Assembly (NCBI GenBank): GCA_905233945.1
Contig: CAJOFY010000022.1
Location: 1,490 to 65,489, forward strand
Direction of reading: 5' to 3'
DNA length: 64,000 nt
Source: an uncultured bacterium
GTDB lineage: Bacteria > UBP6 > UBA1177
Positions 28,291-39,235 of this stretch are shown here, one piece after another (positions within the stretch are counted from its first letter, which is position 1; each line of letters opens with the position of its first letter). The notes under the pieces were generated by a model that worked only from the letters and a program-made list of their open reading frames with translations, searched no databases and was not told the DNA's origin. Both the position numbers and the translations under genes were made by a program.

Positions 28291-30039
28291 TTATAATAAT
28301 GTCGGGAAATTCGGAACAATACTTTCATTTTCCGTGGTTTCACCGTCTTCTTCACATTCGGTTTCCGTTCCGTCCTCGTTGTAGCACTCGCAGCCGGTCG
28401 CTCTTCTGCTTTCAGCCATTTTCGATCTGCCCCATACGCTGTAATACTCAGTTCCGGAAGGATGCTGACCGCCTGAAATCATCATATATTTGTCGGGATC
28501 GCTTTCTTCAAGATAGTAGCATACTTTGGAGAGGAAATCTGTCTCGATATCGTAATAATAATCATATTTCGTGATGTAAAAATTCTTCGTGGGTTCACCC
28601 GATTTGGCCGATGCTTCAAAACTGCCGGCATACATATCGATGTCCGTTCTTCCGACTTTTATAACGCCTTCGTAATATCTCTCTGGTTCTATGCACTGCT
28701 GCATGATTTTCACATACCCCTGGGATTTGAACACATAATGCGAGCAGTAAAAGTCGGGAATGTAGTCTTCAGGATAAATGAAGTATCCTATAGATTCGTT
28801 CAGCTCTTCGGACTCGTAATCCGTGAGAGGTGCGTAAACGGAAAAAATCTGAGTGTCGTCCTCGTTGTCGATAAGTTCTTCCCAATCAGGGAAAACCGTA
28901 CCTTTTTCTGCCTGAATACCGTCCGTAAGAACATACTCCATCCAGTCGTTGAGAATGCTGAGCGTGCTGGAACTGCCGCCGAAGTTGTTGAACAGCACAT
29001 GTATTTCGCCGGTTTCAGGGTAGAAAGCAATCAGAGCTGAAGTTACAATAACGTCGCCGCCGTGGTAGTAAAATTTACCGTGATGTCCGTTTCCGTACAT
29101 CATTCCGAGTCCGTAAACCGGTATTCCGGAAACTTTAACAAAATCAAGCATCTCCTTCATGCTTTCTTCGGAAAGAAGCTCTCCGTTGAAAAGTGCGTGA
29201 GCGTATCTGAACATATCTTCGGCATTTGAAACGATCCCGCCGGCAGTCCAGAAACGTTCGTTGAGTTCATAAGGAACAATGTTTCCGTACTCGTCGAAAG
29301 TGTGTCCGTGAGCTTTGTCATCCAACGGATACTCTTCAAAATTTTTCATAAAAGTGTGAGTCATTCCGAGCGGATCAAGTATTTTTTCGCGGATAACTTC
29401 AACCGCATCCTTTCCGGCAATTTTGTTTATGATAAGCCCTGCCAGAATAAAGTTTGTGTTGCTGTACGACCAGTCGCTTCCCGGCTCGAAGTTGAATTTT
29501 CCGTTGACCTTTTCAACGATAGCTTCCAGATCATCGTATTCGTTCCACTCAAGAATGCCCGAAGTGTGGTTGAGAAGCATTCTGACAGTGATTCTGTCAC
29601 CTTTTTCAAAATCGGGAAACCACTTGTCTATCGTCTGGTCGAGATCGACTTTGCCTTCTTCCTGCAAAAGCAGCATCGTAACGGCGGTGAAGTTTTTGGT
29701 GATGCTTCCGATGTCAAAAAGATCGTCTGTCGAAAGCGGTTCCTGCGTTTCGCTGTTGCGCACGCCGTAAGCAATGGAAGTGAGTTCATCCTTTCCGTAA
29801 CCTATCACGACACCTGTTCCGTGAGCGGAATTGACGTATTCTTCTGCAAGATTCCTGATGCTTTCCAGTTTTGCCTCATCATCTGCGGAGATTTCGTCCG
29901 TATCGGGCACTTCACCGTCGGTTTCTTCGGAAACAGTGTCCTCGTCCGGTGTCACCGTTTCATTTTTTGAGGAACTGCCGCAGCCTGAACCGAAAAAAAG
30001 CATCGAAAAAACGATTAACGCTGTCAGCAGTTTTTTCAT
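28291..30039 (-). CDS. Serine hydrolase lipoprotein (paralog of the adjacent gene)
   Basis: GSITK, LLNHTSG, YSN, HGG; N-terminus MKKLLTA shared with the neighbour. Confidence 0.85.
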   Translation of the reverse strand: MKKLLTALIVFSMLFFGSGCGSSSKNETVTPDEDTVSEETDGEVPDTDEISADDEAKLESIRNLAEEYVNSAHGTGVVIGYGKDELTSIAYGVRNSETQEPLSTDDLFDIGSITKNFTAVTMLLLQEEGKVDLDQTIDKWFPDFEKGDRITVRMLLNHTSGILEWNEYDDLEAIVEKVNGKFNFEPGSDWSYSNTNFILAGLIINKIAGKDAVEVIREKILDPLGMTHTFMKNFEEYPLDDKAHGHTFDEYGNIVPYELNERFWTAGGIVSNAEDMFRYAHALFNGELLSEESMKEMLDFVKVSGIPVYGLGMMYGNGHHGKFYYHGGDVIVTSALIAFYPETGEIHVLFNNFGGSSSTLSILNDWMEYVLTDGIQAEKGTVFPDWEELIDNEDDTQIFSVYAPLTDYESEELNESIGYFIYPEDYIPDFYCSHYVFKSQGYVKIMQQCIEPERYYEGVIKVGRTDIDMYAGSFEASAKSGEPTKNFYITKYDYYYDIETDFLSKVCYYLEESDPDKYMMISGGQHPSGTEYYSVWGRSKMAESRRATGCECYNEDGTETECEEDGETTENESIVPNFPTLL

Positions 30040-30054
30040 CTTCGCCTCCGGAAA

Positions 30055-31653
30055 TTAAAAAATTTCAGCCGGTGTCAGAACAGTGTCTTTCGCCTCATCG
30101 AGCATTTTTGGATAGTCGATGTTGAAGTGGAGGCCGCGGCTTTCCTTGCGTTTCATTGCGCTTTTGATGATGAGTTCAGCGACGAGAGTAAGGTTCCTGA
30201 GTTCGAGAAGGTCTCTCGACACCTTGAAATTCCAGTAGTATTCGTTGATTTCGTGTTTCATAAGTTCCAGTCTCGCCAGAGCGCGTTCCAGACGCTTGTT
30301 GCTGCGGACAATACCGACATAGTTCCACATGATGCGGCGGACCTCGTCCCAGTTCTGTTTGATAATGATTTTTTCGTCCTCGTCTTCGGCATCACCCGGA
30401 TTCCATGCGGGCGGTTCGGGGCATTCTCCGGTGTACCCCGCGATGTAGGAAACAATTTCCTTGGCGACATATTTGCCCATGACGGCAGCTTCGAGAAGCG
30501 AGTTCGAAGCAAGTCTGTTAGCGCCGTGAAGCCCTGTGTGTGCAACTTCGCCGCTGACAAAAAGCCCCGGAATAGAAGTCTTTCCCGTCGGTTCGCTCTG
30601 AAGGCCGCCGCATGAATAGTGGGCTGCCGGAACGACAGGGATCGGCATTGTCCGCATATCGATTCCTGCATCGAGACAGATTCTGAAAATATTCGGGAAC
30701 CTCTGCTGAAGGAAGTGTCCGTCGAGCTTTGTCATGTCGAGGAAAACGCAGTCGTCGCCGCTCATTTTCATTTCGTGGTCGATTGCACGGGCAACGATGT
30801 CACGCGGAGCCAGAGATTTGAGCGGATGATATTTTTCCATAAAGGTTTCGCCTTTTTTGTTGATGAGGACGCCGCCTTCACCGCGCAGAGCCTCCGAAAT
30901 AAGCATCGACTTGATTTTTTCGTGGTAAAGAATCGTCGGATGGAACTGGATCATCTCCATATTTACAACCGGAACACCCGCACGGAATCCGATTGCAACG
31001 CCGTCACCGGTCGTAACGTCGGGATTTGACGTGTAGAGATAAACTTTCCCGCATCCGCCAGTCGCAAGAAGTACTGTTTTCGCCGTAATCGTGAGAATTT
31101 CGCCGTTTCTGCCGAGAACGTAGGCGCCGATAATCCTGTTGCTTTCGCTGCTCATGAACTTTGACTCAGTTATGACATCAATTGCAGTGTGGTTTTCCAG
31201 AACAGTGATGTTAGAGTGCAGCAGAACTGCCTTTTTAACGACTTTTATGAGCTCGAAACCTGTTATGTCACCTGCGTGGACGACTCTGCGCTCGGAGTGA
31301 CCGCCTTCCCTGCCGAGATCGAGTTTGCCTTCTTCGTTTTCGGTGAAGTGGCAGCCCAGTTTTTCAAAATATTTGATTGCATCGGGGCCGTTTTCGACAA
31401 AAAAGCGGACTGCCTTTTCGTTGTTGAGTCCGACACCTGCCGTGATCGTGTCCTTGATGTGTTTTTCGAACGAATCGACGTTGAAATCGGTAACGGTCGC
31501 GATTCCGCCCTGGGCGTTTGCGCTGTTCGAAACATCGATCGCCTCTTTCGTTACAACAACGGTTTTAAGCCCTTTTTCGGCCAGGCTCAAAGCGGTCGAA
31601 AGCCCTGAAAGTCCGCTTCCTATAATGAGTACATCTGCATAAATACGTTCCAT
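30055..31653 (-). CDS. nadB: L-aspartate oxidase
   Basis: GSGLSG, AQGGIA, EGGHSERRVVH, QFHPT, SEALRGEG, GLHGANRLASNSLLE, ESRGLH. Confidence 0.96.
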   Translation of the reverse strand: MERIYADVLIIGSGLSGLSTALSLAEKGLKTVVVTKEAIDVSNSANAQGGIATVTDFNVDSFEKHIKDTITAGVGLNNEKAVRFFVENGPDAIKYFEKLGCHFTENEEGKLDLGREGGHSERRVVHAGDITGFELIKVVKKAVLLHSNITVLENHTAIDVITESKFMSSESNRIIGAYVLGRNGEILTITAKTVLLATGGCGKVYLYTSNPDVTTGDGVAIGFRAGVPVVNMEMIQFHPTILYHEKIKSMLISEALRGEGGVLINKKGETFMEKYHPLKSLAPRDIVARAIDHEMKMSGDDCVFLDMTKLDGHFLQQRFPNIFRICLDAGIDMRTMPIPVVPAAHYSCGGLQSEPTGKTSIPGLFVSGEVAHTGLHGANRLASNSLLEAAVMGKYVAKEIVSYIAGYTGECPEPPAWNPGDAEDEDEKIIIKQNWDEVRRIMWNYVGIVRSNKRLERALARLELMKHEINEYYWNFKVSRDLLELRNLTLVAELIIKSAMKRKESRGLHFNIDYPKMLDEAKDTVLTPAEIF

Positions 31654-31675
31654 TTTTCAACCTGTTAGCTGTATA

Positions 31676-32092
31676 CTAAAATACTTCGTCTTTAAGTTCT
31701 TTCATCGCTTTCGTGATGACTTTTTTATCTGTTTCCGACATGTTCACAAATTTAGTGCTGAGTCCGATCATCGGCTCTTCCGGCGTGCATTTGAGAACTT
31801 CGGCACCGCATTTGATGATATAGTCGGTTCCTGGAACCTGAAATTCGATATCAATAAGCGTTCCGGTCGAATACGGGTTCGGAGAAAGAATATACATCCC
31901 GTCCGCACTCAAGTTGCCGGTCTGCTGGAAATAGTCGGCGTCGCCCTCGATATTGCGCACCCACATTTTTACCGGAATACGTTCCTGGGCACGTCTGTCC
32001 CCGAGTCTTCTGTCGCTGTTGCTGCGCTCGTCATCAGCGATTTTGAACTGCAAATCGTCTCTACGGTCCTTGTTTTGTCTCCTGTCTTCCAT
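31676..32092 (-). CDS. PilZ domain protein
   Basis: RRAQER (RxxxR) and NLSADG (D/NxSxxG); repeated DRR N-terminus. Confidence 0.8.
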   Translation of the reverse strand: MEDRRQNKDRRDDLQFKIADDERSNSDRRLGDRRAQERIPVKMWVRNIEGDADYFQQTGNLSADGMYILSPNPYSTGTLIDIEFQVPGTDYIIKCGAEVLKCTPEEPMIGLSTKFVNMSETDKKVITKAMKELKDEVF

Positions 32093-32191
32093 TTTTCTCT
32101 CCTGAAAAAACACAAAAGCAAACAACAGAATATAATTCAGCTGAATTTAAAGTCCACTAAATGATTCAGAGGCTTGATTATCTTTCAATTT

Positions 32192-32219
32192 TTGACTTAG
32201 CACATCTTTGTGCTATATT
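32192..32219 (+). promoter_or_regulatory. Putative glyQS promoter with palindromic spacer
   Basis: TTGACT-16 nt-TATATT; TAGCACA-tctt-TGTGCTA inverted repeat spans the spacer. Confidence 0.5.
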
Positions 32220-32247
32220 CGCGCGCTAATTTTTTTGGGAGGCCAAA

Positions 32248-33105
32248 ATGAAAGGACTTACCTTTCAGGAAATGATCGTTCGACTTGAAAAATTCTGGAT
32301 GGAACGCGGCTGCATACTGGTTCAGCCGTGGGATTTGGAAATGGGTGCCGGAACATTCCACCCGGCGACGTTTTTTTACGCGCTGAATCCGGCGAATATA
32401 AGCTCTGTCTATGTCCAGCCGTCGCGCAGACCGACTGACGGCAGATACGGCGAAAGCCCGAACAGAATGCAGAGGTTCTACCAGCTTCAGGTTCTCATAA
32501 AACCGAGCCCGAAAGACGCTCAGCAGCTTTATCTCGAAAGCCTCAAAGTCATAGGGATCGACCCGGCGGAGCACGATATCCGCTTTGTCGAGGACGACTG
32601 GGAAAGCCCGACTCTGGGAGCATGGGGTCTCGGATGGGAAGTATGGCTTGACGGAATGGAGATCAGCCAGTTCACATACTTCCAGCAGGTAGGCGGAATC
32701 GACCTCAAACCGGTTCCAGTAGAACTTACCTACGGCCTGGAAAGGATCTGCATGTACCTGCAGGGAGTCGAAAACGTTTACGACCTGCAGTGGAACGACA
32801 AAGTCAAATACGGCACAGTCCACAAGGCTGACGAAGTCGAATTTTCGACTTTCAACTTCAAAGAGGCGCCTGTTGAAGATTTCTTCGCGTTTTTCGACAA
32901 ATACGAGAAAATTTCGAAAGAACTTATCGAAAAATCGCTTCCTCGCCCCGCTTATGAATTCTGCATCAAGGCAAGCCACGCGTTCAATATTCTCGATGCC
33001 CGTGGCGCGATCTCGGTCACCGAAAGGCAGAGATACATCATGCGCATCAGAGACCTTGCCTGCGCCGCTGCAAAAAAATACGCTGAAAGTTTTAAGGAGG
33101 AATAA
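32248..33105 (+). CDS. glyQ: Glycine--tRNA ligase alpha subunit
   Basis: [46 protein letters not shown]. Confidence 0.98.
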   Translation: MKGLTFQEMIVRLEKFWMERGCILVQPWDLEMGAGTFHPATFFYALNPANISSVYVQPSRRPTDGRYGESPNRMQRFYQLQVLIKPSPKDAQQLYLESLKVIGIDPAEHDIRFVEDDWESPTLGAWGLGWEVWLDGMEISQFTYFQQVGGIDLKPVPVELTYGLERICMYLQGVENVYDLQWNDKVKYGTVHKADEVEFSTFNFKEAPVEDFFAFFDKYEKISKELIEKSLPRPAYEFCIKASHAFNILDARGAISVTERQRYIMRIRDLACAAAKKYAESFKEE

Positions 33106-35151
33106 ATGTCGGATTTTATTTTTGAAATCGGTTATGAAGAATTCCCAGCAAGTTTTATTCTTCCTTTTGTTTCGCAGCTTAAGGAAAAAATACTTTCCGA
33201 GCTTGAAAAACAGCGCGTAACTGTCGGAAACTGCAAGGAATTCTCGACTTGTTCGAGAACTGCTCTCATCTGCACGGGACTTCCCGAAAAACAGCCCGAC
33301 ATCCGCGAAAAAGTCACAGGCGCGCCGAAAAAAGTCGCGCTGAATGCTGACGGGACCCTTTCAAAAGCTGGCGAAGCGTTCCTTGCAAAGAACAAAATCA
33401 CCGAATATTTTTTTGAAAACAGCGAAAAAGGCGAAGTGATCGCCGGCTTTGTCGAAGAAAAGGGAAAAACTCTTGAAGAAGTCATCGCTCCTGTCGTAAA
33501 AGCTGCTCTCCACGCAGCAAACTTCAAAAAAAGCATGCGCTGGGCGGAGAACACTTTTGCGTTTGCAAGACCGATCAGATGGATCCTTCTTTCGATCGAC
33601 GGAAAACCGGTAGAAGACGATTTTGAAGGAATAAAATTCGCGAAAACTTCTTTCGGACACCGCTTCCTTTCAAACGGAGCACTTGATATAAACGCTTCGA
33701 ATTACTACGAAATTCTTACGGCTCACTATATCATGGTCGATAGAGCTGAAAGAAAGGAATTCATCCGTTCCGAAGTCGCGAAAAAGGCCGAAGAACTCGG
33801 ACTTATCGCAAATATCGACGAAAATCTTCTCGATGAAGTCACAGACATGGTCGAATATCCGCATGTCGTCATCGGAAATATTCCCGAAAAATACAAAAAC
33901 CTGCCGGTAGAACTCGTTGTTAAAGTCCTCAAAAAAGACCAGAGATACTTTACTCTGAGCGACAAAAATTCGCAGGTCATCAAGTTTGCAAGCGTTCTCA
34001 ACAACATTCCTCGCAACGATTCGCTTGTAATCGAAGGAAATGAGAAAGTTGTCGCAGCACGTCTTTCCGATGCGGCCTTCTACTTCAACGACGACCTTGC
34101 AAAGGACTTCGCAGCCCTTTACGAAAGGCTCAAAGGTGTCCTTTTCCAGAAGGATCTCGGAACTTACAGCGAAAAAGTCGAAAGAATCTGCAAAATCGCC
34201 GCTTTCATCGCCGAAAAATACTTCACGCTTGACGATGCGGCGAAAAAACGCCTCCAGACCGCGGGCGAAATGATCAAAAACGACCTCGTAACGGGTGTAG
34301 TTTTCGAATTTCCCGATCTGCAGGGGATCATGGGCCGTTACTACGCGCTTCACGCAGGATTCGAGAAAGATATCTGCGAAGCGATGTACGAGCACTATCT
34401 CCCGATAAACGCAGGCGATGCGCTTCCAGCGACCGAGATCGGAACGATCCTCAGCATGTCCGATAAGATCGACACGATCGTAGGCGGATTCATGGCAGGA
34501 ATGAAGCCCTCTGGCTCCAAAGACAAGTTCGCGATCCGCAGAAACGCGATCGGTTTCCTCACAGTCGCGCAGAATTACAGCCTCGACATCAAGGAAGTCG
34601 TCGAATTCGCATGGAACCTCATCGTTCCGCGCATCAAAAACGCGAAAGATGAGATGAAGCAGGAAATAATCGACTTCATAGTCGCAAGATACAACGGCGT
34701 TTTGAGCTTCGACACCCCTGTAATCCAGGCTGCGACGGCACGCGACGCCGAATTTCCGAAAGTCGTCGCAAAACGGGCTGAAACGATTTCTCGCCTTCTC
34801 AAAGAAAGCGGGATCTCCGAGTTGGTACAGCTTTACAAACGCGGCTGCAACATCCTGAAAAAGCAGGAATTTACGGTTGGAACAATCAACGAAGCGCTTT
34901 TCGAGCAGGATGAAGAGAAGAATCTTTTCACTGAAGTTGTCAAAGTCGAAAACGAAATCAAAACAATGCATGACAACTTCGAGATCGCGATGAAGATCCT
35001 CTCGCTCAAACCAGCACTTGACGCGTTCTTCGACGCTGTTTTCGTAATGCACGACAACGCCGGAATCAGAACGAACAGAATGAACCTCATCGGTAAAGTT
35101 ACCAGCTTGGTAGCGGAAAATATCGGTGAAATCAGTTTCTTGAATATTTAA
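33106..35151 (+). CDS. glyS: Glycine--tRNA ligase beta subunit
   Basis: FEIGYEEFP, KSMRW, FARPIRW, ARLSDA, EFPDLQGIMG, GSKDKFAIRR. Confidence 0.95.
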   Translation: MSDFIFEIGYEEFPASFILPFVSQLKEKILSELEKQRVTVGNCKEFSTCSRTALICTGLPEKQPDIREKVTGAPKKVALNADGTLSKAGEAFLAKNKITEYFFENSEKGEVIAGFVEEKGKTLEEVIAPVVKAALHAANFKKSMRWAENTFAFARPIRWILLSIDGKPVEDDFEGIKFAKTSFGHRFLSNGALDINASNYYEILTAHYIMVDRAERKEFIRSEVAKKAEELGLIANIDENLLDEVTDMVEYPHVVIGNIPEKYKNLPVELVVKVLKKDQRYFTLSDKNSQVIKFASVLNNIPRNDSLVIEGNEKVVAARLSDAAFYFNDDLAKDFAALYERLKGVLFQKDLGTYSEKVERICKIAAFIAEKYFTLDDAAKKRLQTAGEMIKNDLVTGVVFEFPDLQGIMGRYYALHAGFEKDICEAMYEHYLPINAGDALPATEIGTILSMSDKIDTIVGGFMAGMKPSGSKDKFAIRRNAIGFLTVAQNYSLDIKEVVEFAWNLIVPRIKNAKDEMKQEIIDFIVARYNGVLSFDTPVIQAATARDAEFPKVVAKRAETISRLLKESGISELVQLYKRGCNILKKQEFTVGTINEALFEQDEEKNLFTEVVKVENEIKTMHDNFEIAMKILSLKPALDAFFDAVFVMHDNAGIRTNRMNLIGKVTSLVAENIGEISFLNI

Positions 35152-36695
35152 TGGAGAAAAAAATGGCTGAAAACAAAGCTCAGGAACCAAAAACCGTTCC
35201 GCAGATGGACGAAAACGAGATTATCGCCCGCAAAAAAGAGAAAGTTAAAATGCTGCGCGAAGAGGGGATCCACCCTTACGCAAATAGTTTCGCTCCCGAT
35301 TCGACGGTAGAAAAGGTCGTTGAATACTGCAAGACCCAGACGAAGGAAGAACTTGAACAGACGGGGAAACCGCTTGAATTCGCAGTTGCAGGCAGGATCA
35401 TGTTCCTCCGCATCATGGGAAAACTCGCTTTCGCAAACCTCAAGGACGAGACGGGTTCGATCCAGATCCTTTTCGCAAAAGACTTCCTCGGCGAAGATTT
35501 CGCGAAGTTCAAAAAGGCTTTTGATGTCGGCGATATAGTATGGGTAAAAGGCGAAGTTTTCGTTACGAGAACCGGCGAATACTCAATCCTTGCTCACAAA
35601 ACCGAGCTTCTCACCAAAAACATCCGTCCGCTTCCCGAAAAATTCCACGGACTTACCGACAAAGAGCTTCGTTACAGACAGCGTTACCTCGACCTCATCA
35701 TGAACGATGACGTCAGAGAGACTTTCAAAAAGAGAGTAAAGATCATAAATTTCATCAGAAACTACATGAACAATGCAGGTTTCATGGAAGTCGAGACTCC
35801 GATGATGCACCCGCTCGTCAGCGGCGCAGCTGCGAAACCTTTCATCACGCACCACAACGCGCTCGACATTCCGCTTTACATGAGGATCGCGCCCGAGTGC
35901 TACCTCAAAAGGCTTCTCGTCGGCGGACTCGGCAAAGTTTACGAGATCAACCGCAGCTTCAGAAACGAGGGCATGGACCTCAAACACAACCCCGAATTCA
36001 CAATGATGGAATTCTACTGGCCGTATGCGACCTACGAAGACCAGATCCGCTTCACGCAGGAGATGATCAGCAAGCTCTGCATCGAGATCAACGGAACGAC
36101 CGAAGTCGAATACGACGGAATGAAGATCGATTTCAAAGCTCCGTGGAACAGAATGACGGTCGAAGAAAGTATAGTAAAATCAGGCGTATGCACCGAAGAA
36201 GACCTCGAAGACAGAGAAAAACTCATTGAGATCGGTGTTAAAAACGGTCTCGACAAGGCAACGCTTGAAGGAATGTCCCGCTACAAGATCATCATGGAAT
36301 TCTTTGACAACTTTGTCGAAGAACACCTGATCCAGCCGACATTCATCACAAAATATCCGACCGAAGTGAGCCCGCTCGCACGCAGAAACGACGAAAACCC
36401 AGAATATACAGACAGATTTGAGCTTTTTGTCGCAGGAAGAGAGCTTTCCAACGCGTTTAGCGAACTCAATGACCCGAAACAGCAGTATGATTCTTTCGCG
36501 GCTCAGGTCGAAGCTAAAAAAGCAGGCGATGACGAAACGATCGACATGGACAGCGACTACATCCGCGCCCTTGAATACGGAATGCCGCCGGCAGCAGGAC
36601 AGGGAATCGGCATCGACAGACTTGTCATGCTCATGACCAATTCACCCAGCATCCGCGATGTAATACTTTTCCCCACGATGAAACCGGAAAAGTAA
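35151..36695 (+). CDS. lysS: Lysine--tRNA ligase (class II)
   Basis: LPEKFHGL, RYRQRYLDL, GAAAKPF, FRNEG, HNPEFT, ALEYGMPP, GIGIDRL. Confidence 0.98.
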   Translation: MEKKMAENKAQEPKTVPQMDENEIIARKKEKVKMLREEGIHPYANSFAPDSTVEKVVEYCKTQTKEELEQTGKPLEFAVAGRIMFLRIMGKLAFANLKDETGSIQILFAKDFLGEDFAKFKKAFDVGDIVWVKGEVFVTRTGEYSILAHKTELLTKNIRPLPEKFHGLTDKELRYRQRYLDLIMNDDVRETFKKRVKIINFIRNYMNNAGFMEVETPMMHPLVSGAAAKPFITHHNALDIPLYMRIAPECYLKRLLVGGLGKVYEINRSFRNEGMDLKHNPEFTMMEFYWPYATYEDQIRFTQEMISKLCIEINGTTEVEYDGMKIDFKAPWNRMTVEESIVKSGVCTEEDLEDREKLIEIGVKNGLDKATLEGMSRYKIIMEFFDNFVEEHLIQPTFITKYPTEVSPLARRNDENPEYTDRFELFVAGRELSNAFSELNDPKQQYDSFAAQVEAKKAGDDETIDMDSDYIRALEYGMPPAAGQGIGIDRLVMLMTNSPSIRDVILFPTMKPEK

Positions 36696-36778
36696 CGCGT
36701 AAAAACTTCTGAAGTAACAAAAAAATCGGAAACAATTTTTTTTCTGCTAAAATATGCCGCTTTTTAAAGGAGGATCTC

Positions 36779-37624
36779 ATGGTTAAATTCATCGGCGCCC
36801 ACATTTCGGCGGCGGGCGGAGTCGAAAACGCTCCGAAAAACGCGGCTGAAATCAACGCTACGGCTTTCGCTCTCTTCACGAAAAATCAGAAACAGTGGTT
36901 CGCTCCGGCGCTTTCCGCTGCTTCAATCGAGGCTTTCAAAGAAAAATGTGCTGAACTTCATTTTGCCGCACATGCGATCCTTCCGCATGACAGCTATCTC
37001 ATAAATCTCGGGCATCCGGCTGATGAAGGGCTTCAGAAATCACGGAATTCCTTTACTGACGAGATGAAACGCTGCGAAATTTTAGGGCTCGACAGGCTCA
37101 ACTTTCACCCCGGAAGCCATCTTCGTGAAATCACCGAAAGCGAGTGCCTTTCAAAAATCGCAGAATCGATAAATATCGCGCTCGATAAGACAAAAGGGGT
37201 CACCGCAGTCATCGAAAACACGGCGGGACAAGGCTCAAATGTAGGATACAGATTTGAACATCTTGCCGAAATTATTGACAAAATTGAAGATAAATCGCGA
37301 GTCGGGATCTGCATCGACACCTGCCACGCCTTTGCCGCGGGATACGACCTTACGACACCTGTTGCCTGTGAAAAAACTTTCAGCGAACTCGATAAAACTG
37401 TGGGACTCAAATATCTTCGCGGAATGCACTTCAACGATGCGAAAAAAATGCTCGGAAGCAAGGTCGACAGGCATGAAACTCTCGGTAACGGCGCGATCGG
37501 AATAGAGTGCTTCAAATGGCTCGTTGAACAGCCTTTCACCGACAATATTCCGTTGATTTTAGAGACTCCGGAGCCCGAAAAGTGGCCGAAGGAAATAGAA
37601 CTGCTCAAAAGTTTTGTAAAATAG
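36779..37624 (+). CDS. nfo: Endonuclease IV
   Basis: [44 protein letters not shown]. Confidence 0.97.
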   Translation: MVKFIGAHISAAGGVENAPKNAAEINATAFALFTKNQKQWFAPALSAASIEAFKEKCAELHFAAHAILPHDSYLINLGHPADEGLQKSRNSFTDEMKRCEILGLDRLNFHPGSHLREITESECLSKIAESINIALDKTKGVTAVIENTAGQGSNVGYRFEHLAEIIDKIEDKSRVGICIDTCHAFAAGYDLTTPVACEKTFSELDKTVGLKYLRGMHFNDAKKMLGSKVDRHETLGNGAIGIECFKWLVEQPFTDNIPLILETPEPEKWPKEIELLKSFVK

Positions 37625-37632
37625 GAGGCCAA

Positions 37633-39231
37633 ATGAAACTTCTTGTAACGATCCTTTCGCGTCAGACAGTCGTTCAGGCGTCGCTTATCCGCGAAGCTGC
37701 TCCCGATGTCATAATTTTTGTCTCGACCGTGATGGCGCAGGAGAACGACTGGCACAAAAACATTCCGGTTTTAGTAAAGCGCGCTGACGGCGAAGACATT
37801 AAGTATATTAATGTTTTTATTGAAAAAAATATGAATCTGGGTGAAATCATCGAGATGCTCAAAAGGCGTGTCAGAAGCGTTTTCGATGAATACGGGATCA
37901 CCGAGATCTACTGCGACGCCTCCTGCGGAAAAGGGATCCACAGGATCGTTTTCGCCGAGTATCTCAAGCGTTTTTCCGAAAAGCAGGACCTCGGTTTTTT
38001 CCTCGTCTATTTCGATCTCGATACGCGTCAGATCAATAAAATCGCGATAAAGGAGCAGTCTTTCCACGAATACAAATCCTCGGTTTCGATCGACTGGCAC
38101 TTGAAGGAGCGTCTTACCCTTTACGGAGCTGAACTTACTGATTTTCTTACGATTTATGACGGAAAAACGAATTATTTCGCAGAAAACGGAGAGCAGTTTG
38201 AGGAACTTTACACAAACCTCTGCAACTCCATGAATCTGCGGGCTTTTTTCTCGTCCTACGACAACATGAAAACGATCATCGACCTCAAAGGGGAACTTCA
38301 CGATTTCATGGTGAAAAACTTCCGCGACGAGCAGATCGACAAGTTTTTGCAGAGGATTTTCGGCGTAATGCCGCACCTTCGCCCCGAAATAAACGAAGCT
38401 AAAAACGAAATCAGGGTAAAACTTACCGATTTCTTTAACGAAATGAGCCACAGAAGAGAACTTCAGACTTTTTCTGATTCTTTTGATTTCAGGACGACTC
38501 TCGCAAGCTGTCAGAAAAAGTTCAACGCCGAAATGCCGGATGCAGTCATAAGAAAGATCCTTCCGCTCGCCGGAGAAGTCGACAAAGCCGACCTCAGAAG
38601 CGATGTCCAGCACTTTTTAGATGTTCTTTTTTCCAAAATTTCGGAAAAAACGAACTCTCTCGCCGATGTCAAAAGCATAGATGTCACTGCGGCCGTTTTC
38701 AACCGCTTCAAACAGAAATATGTGAAAGAAATCGAGCGCGAAAGCACCCTCAACACACGCTCGCAAATATCTGTGATCTTTGAAAAAATCATAAGTTACG
38801 CCGTGTGCCGCGCAATGGAGAAGTATCCGCTTCTGAAAGAGTCGATCGCATCGGTTTTCCAGAACGTGAAACTGAGCGGAAAAGCAAGTTCGCTCATTGA
38901 AATCGACACGCTCGTCGTCTTCAAAAACGGATACCTCCACATCCTTGAGGCAAAAAGCTCGCATGTTTCCAACAAAGACCTCAATTCGCGGATCTTAGTC
39001 ATGAAAAAATATCTCGGAGAAAGCGTAGGAATGGATATCGTCTTCCCCTTCACGGCGCACGACATCCGGATGTTCATGGAAAAAAACGATCCCTTTATCC
39101 GCAAATTCTACAGCAAAGGCTTGAAATCGGCGGCAGGCTGGGGCACATTCTTCGCTACAACTGACAAAACAGTCACCCCGATCGACAGGATCGCCGAAAG
39201 GCTCCGCGACCTCGCGATGATGTACAGCTGA
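37633..39231 (+). CDS. DUF1887/Card1-like protein: CARF-like N-terminus plus C-terminal PD-(D/E)xK nuclease domain
   Basis: N-terminal LLVTILSRQTV...PDVIIFVST and YCDASCGKG; C-terminal FEKII...EIDTLVVFKNGYLHILEAKS. Confidence 0.65.
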   Translation: MKLLVTILSRQTVVQASLIREAAPDVIIFVSTVMAQENDWHKNIPVLVKRADGEDIKYINVFIEKNMNLGEIIEMLKRRVRSVFDEYGITEIYCDASCGKGIHRIVFAEYLKRFSEKQDLGFFLVYFDLDTRQINKIAIKEQSFHEYKSSVSIDWHLKERLTLYGAELTDFLTIYDGKTNYFAENGEQFEELYTNLCNSMNLRAFFSSYDNMKTIIDLKGELHDFMVKNFRDEQIDKFLQRIFGVMPHLRPEINEAKNEIRVKLTDFFNEMSHRRELQTFSDSFDFRTTLASCQKKFNAEMPDAVIRKILPLAGEVDKADLRSDVQHFLDVLFSKISEKTNSLADVKSIDVTAAVFNRFKQKYVKEIERESTLNTRSQISVIFEKIISYAVCRAMEKYPLLKESIASVFQNVKLSGKASSLIEIDTLVVFKNGYLHILEAKSSHVSNKDLNSRILVMKKYLGESVGMDIVFPFTAHDIRMFMEKNDPFIRKFYSKGLKSAAGWGTFFATTDKTVTPIDRIAERLRDLAMMYS

Positions 39232-39235
39232 TTTT

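Noticed and set aside
33670-35190. 506-aa antisense ORF (and similar long antisense ORFs over argS, rnfC, GH57)
   Set aside because: Shadow frames of well-supported genes caused by codon bias; no recognisable motifs.
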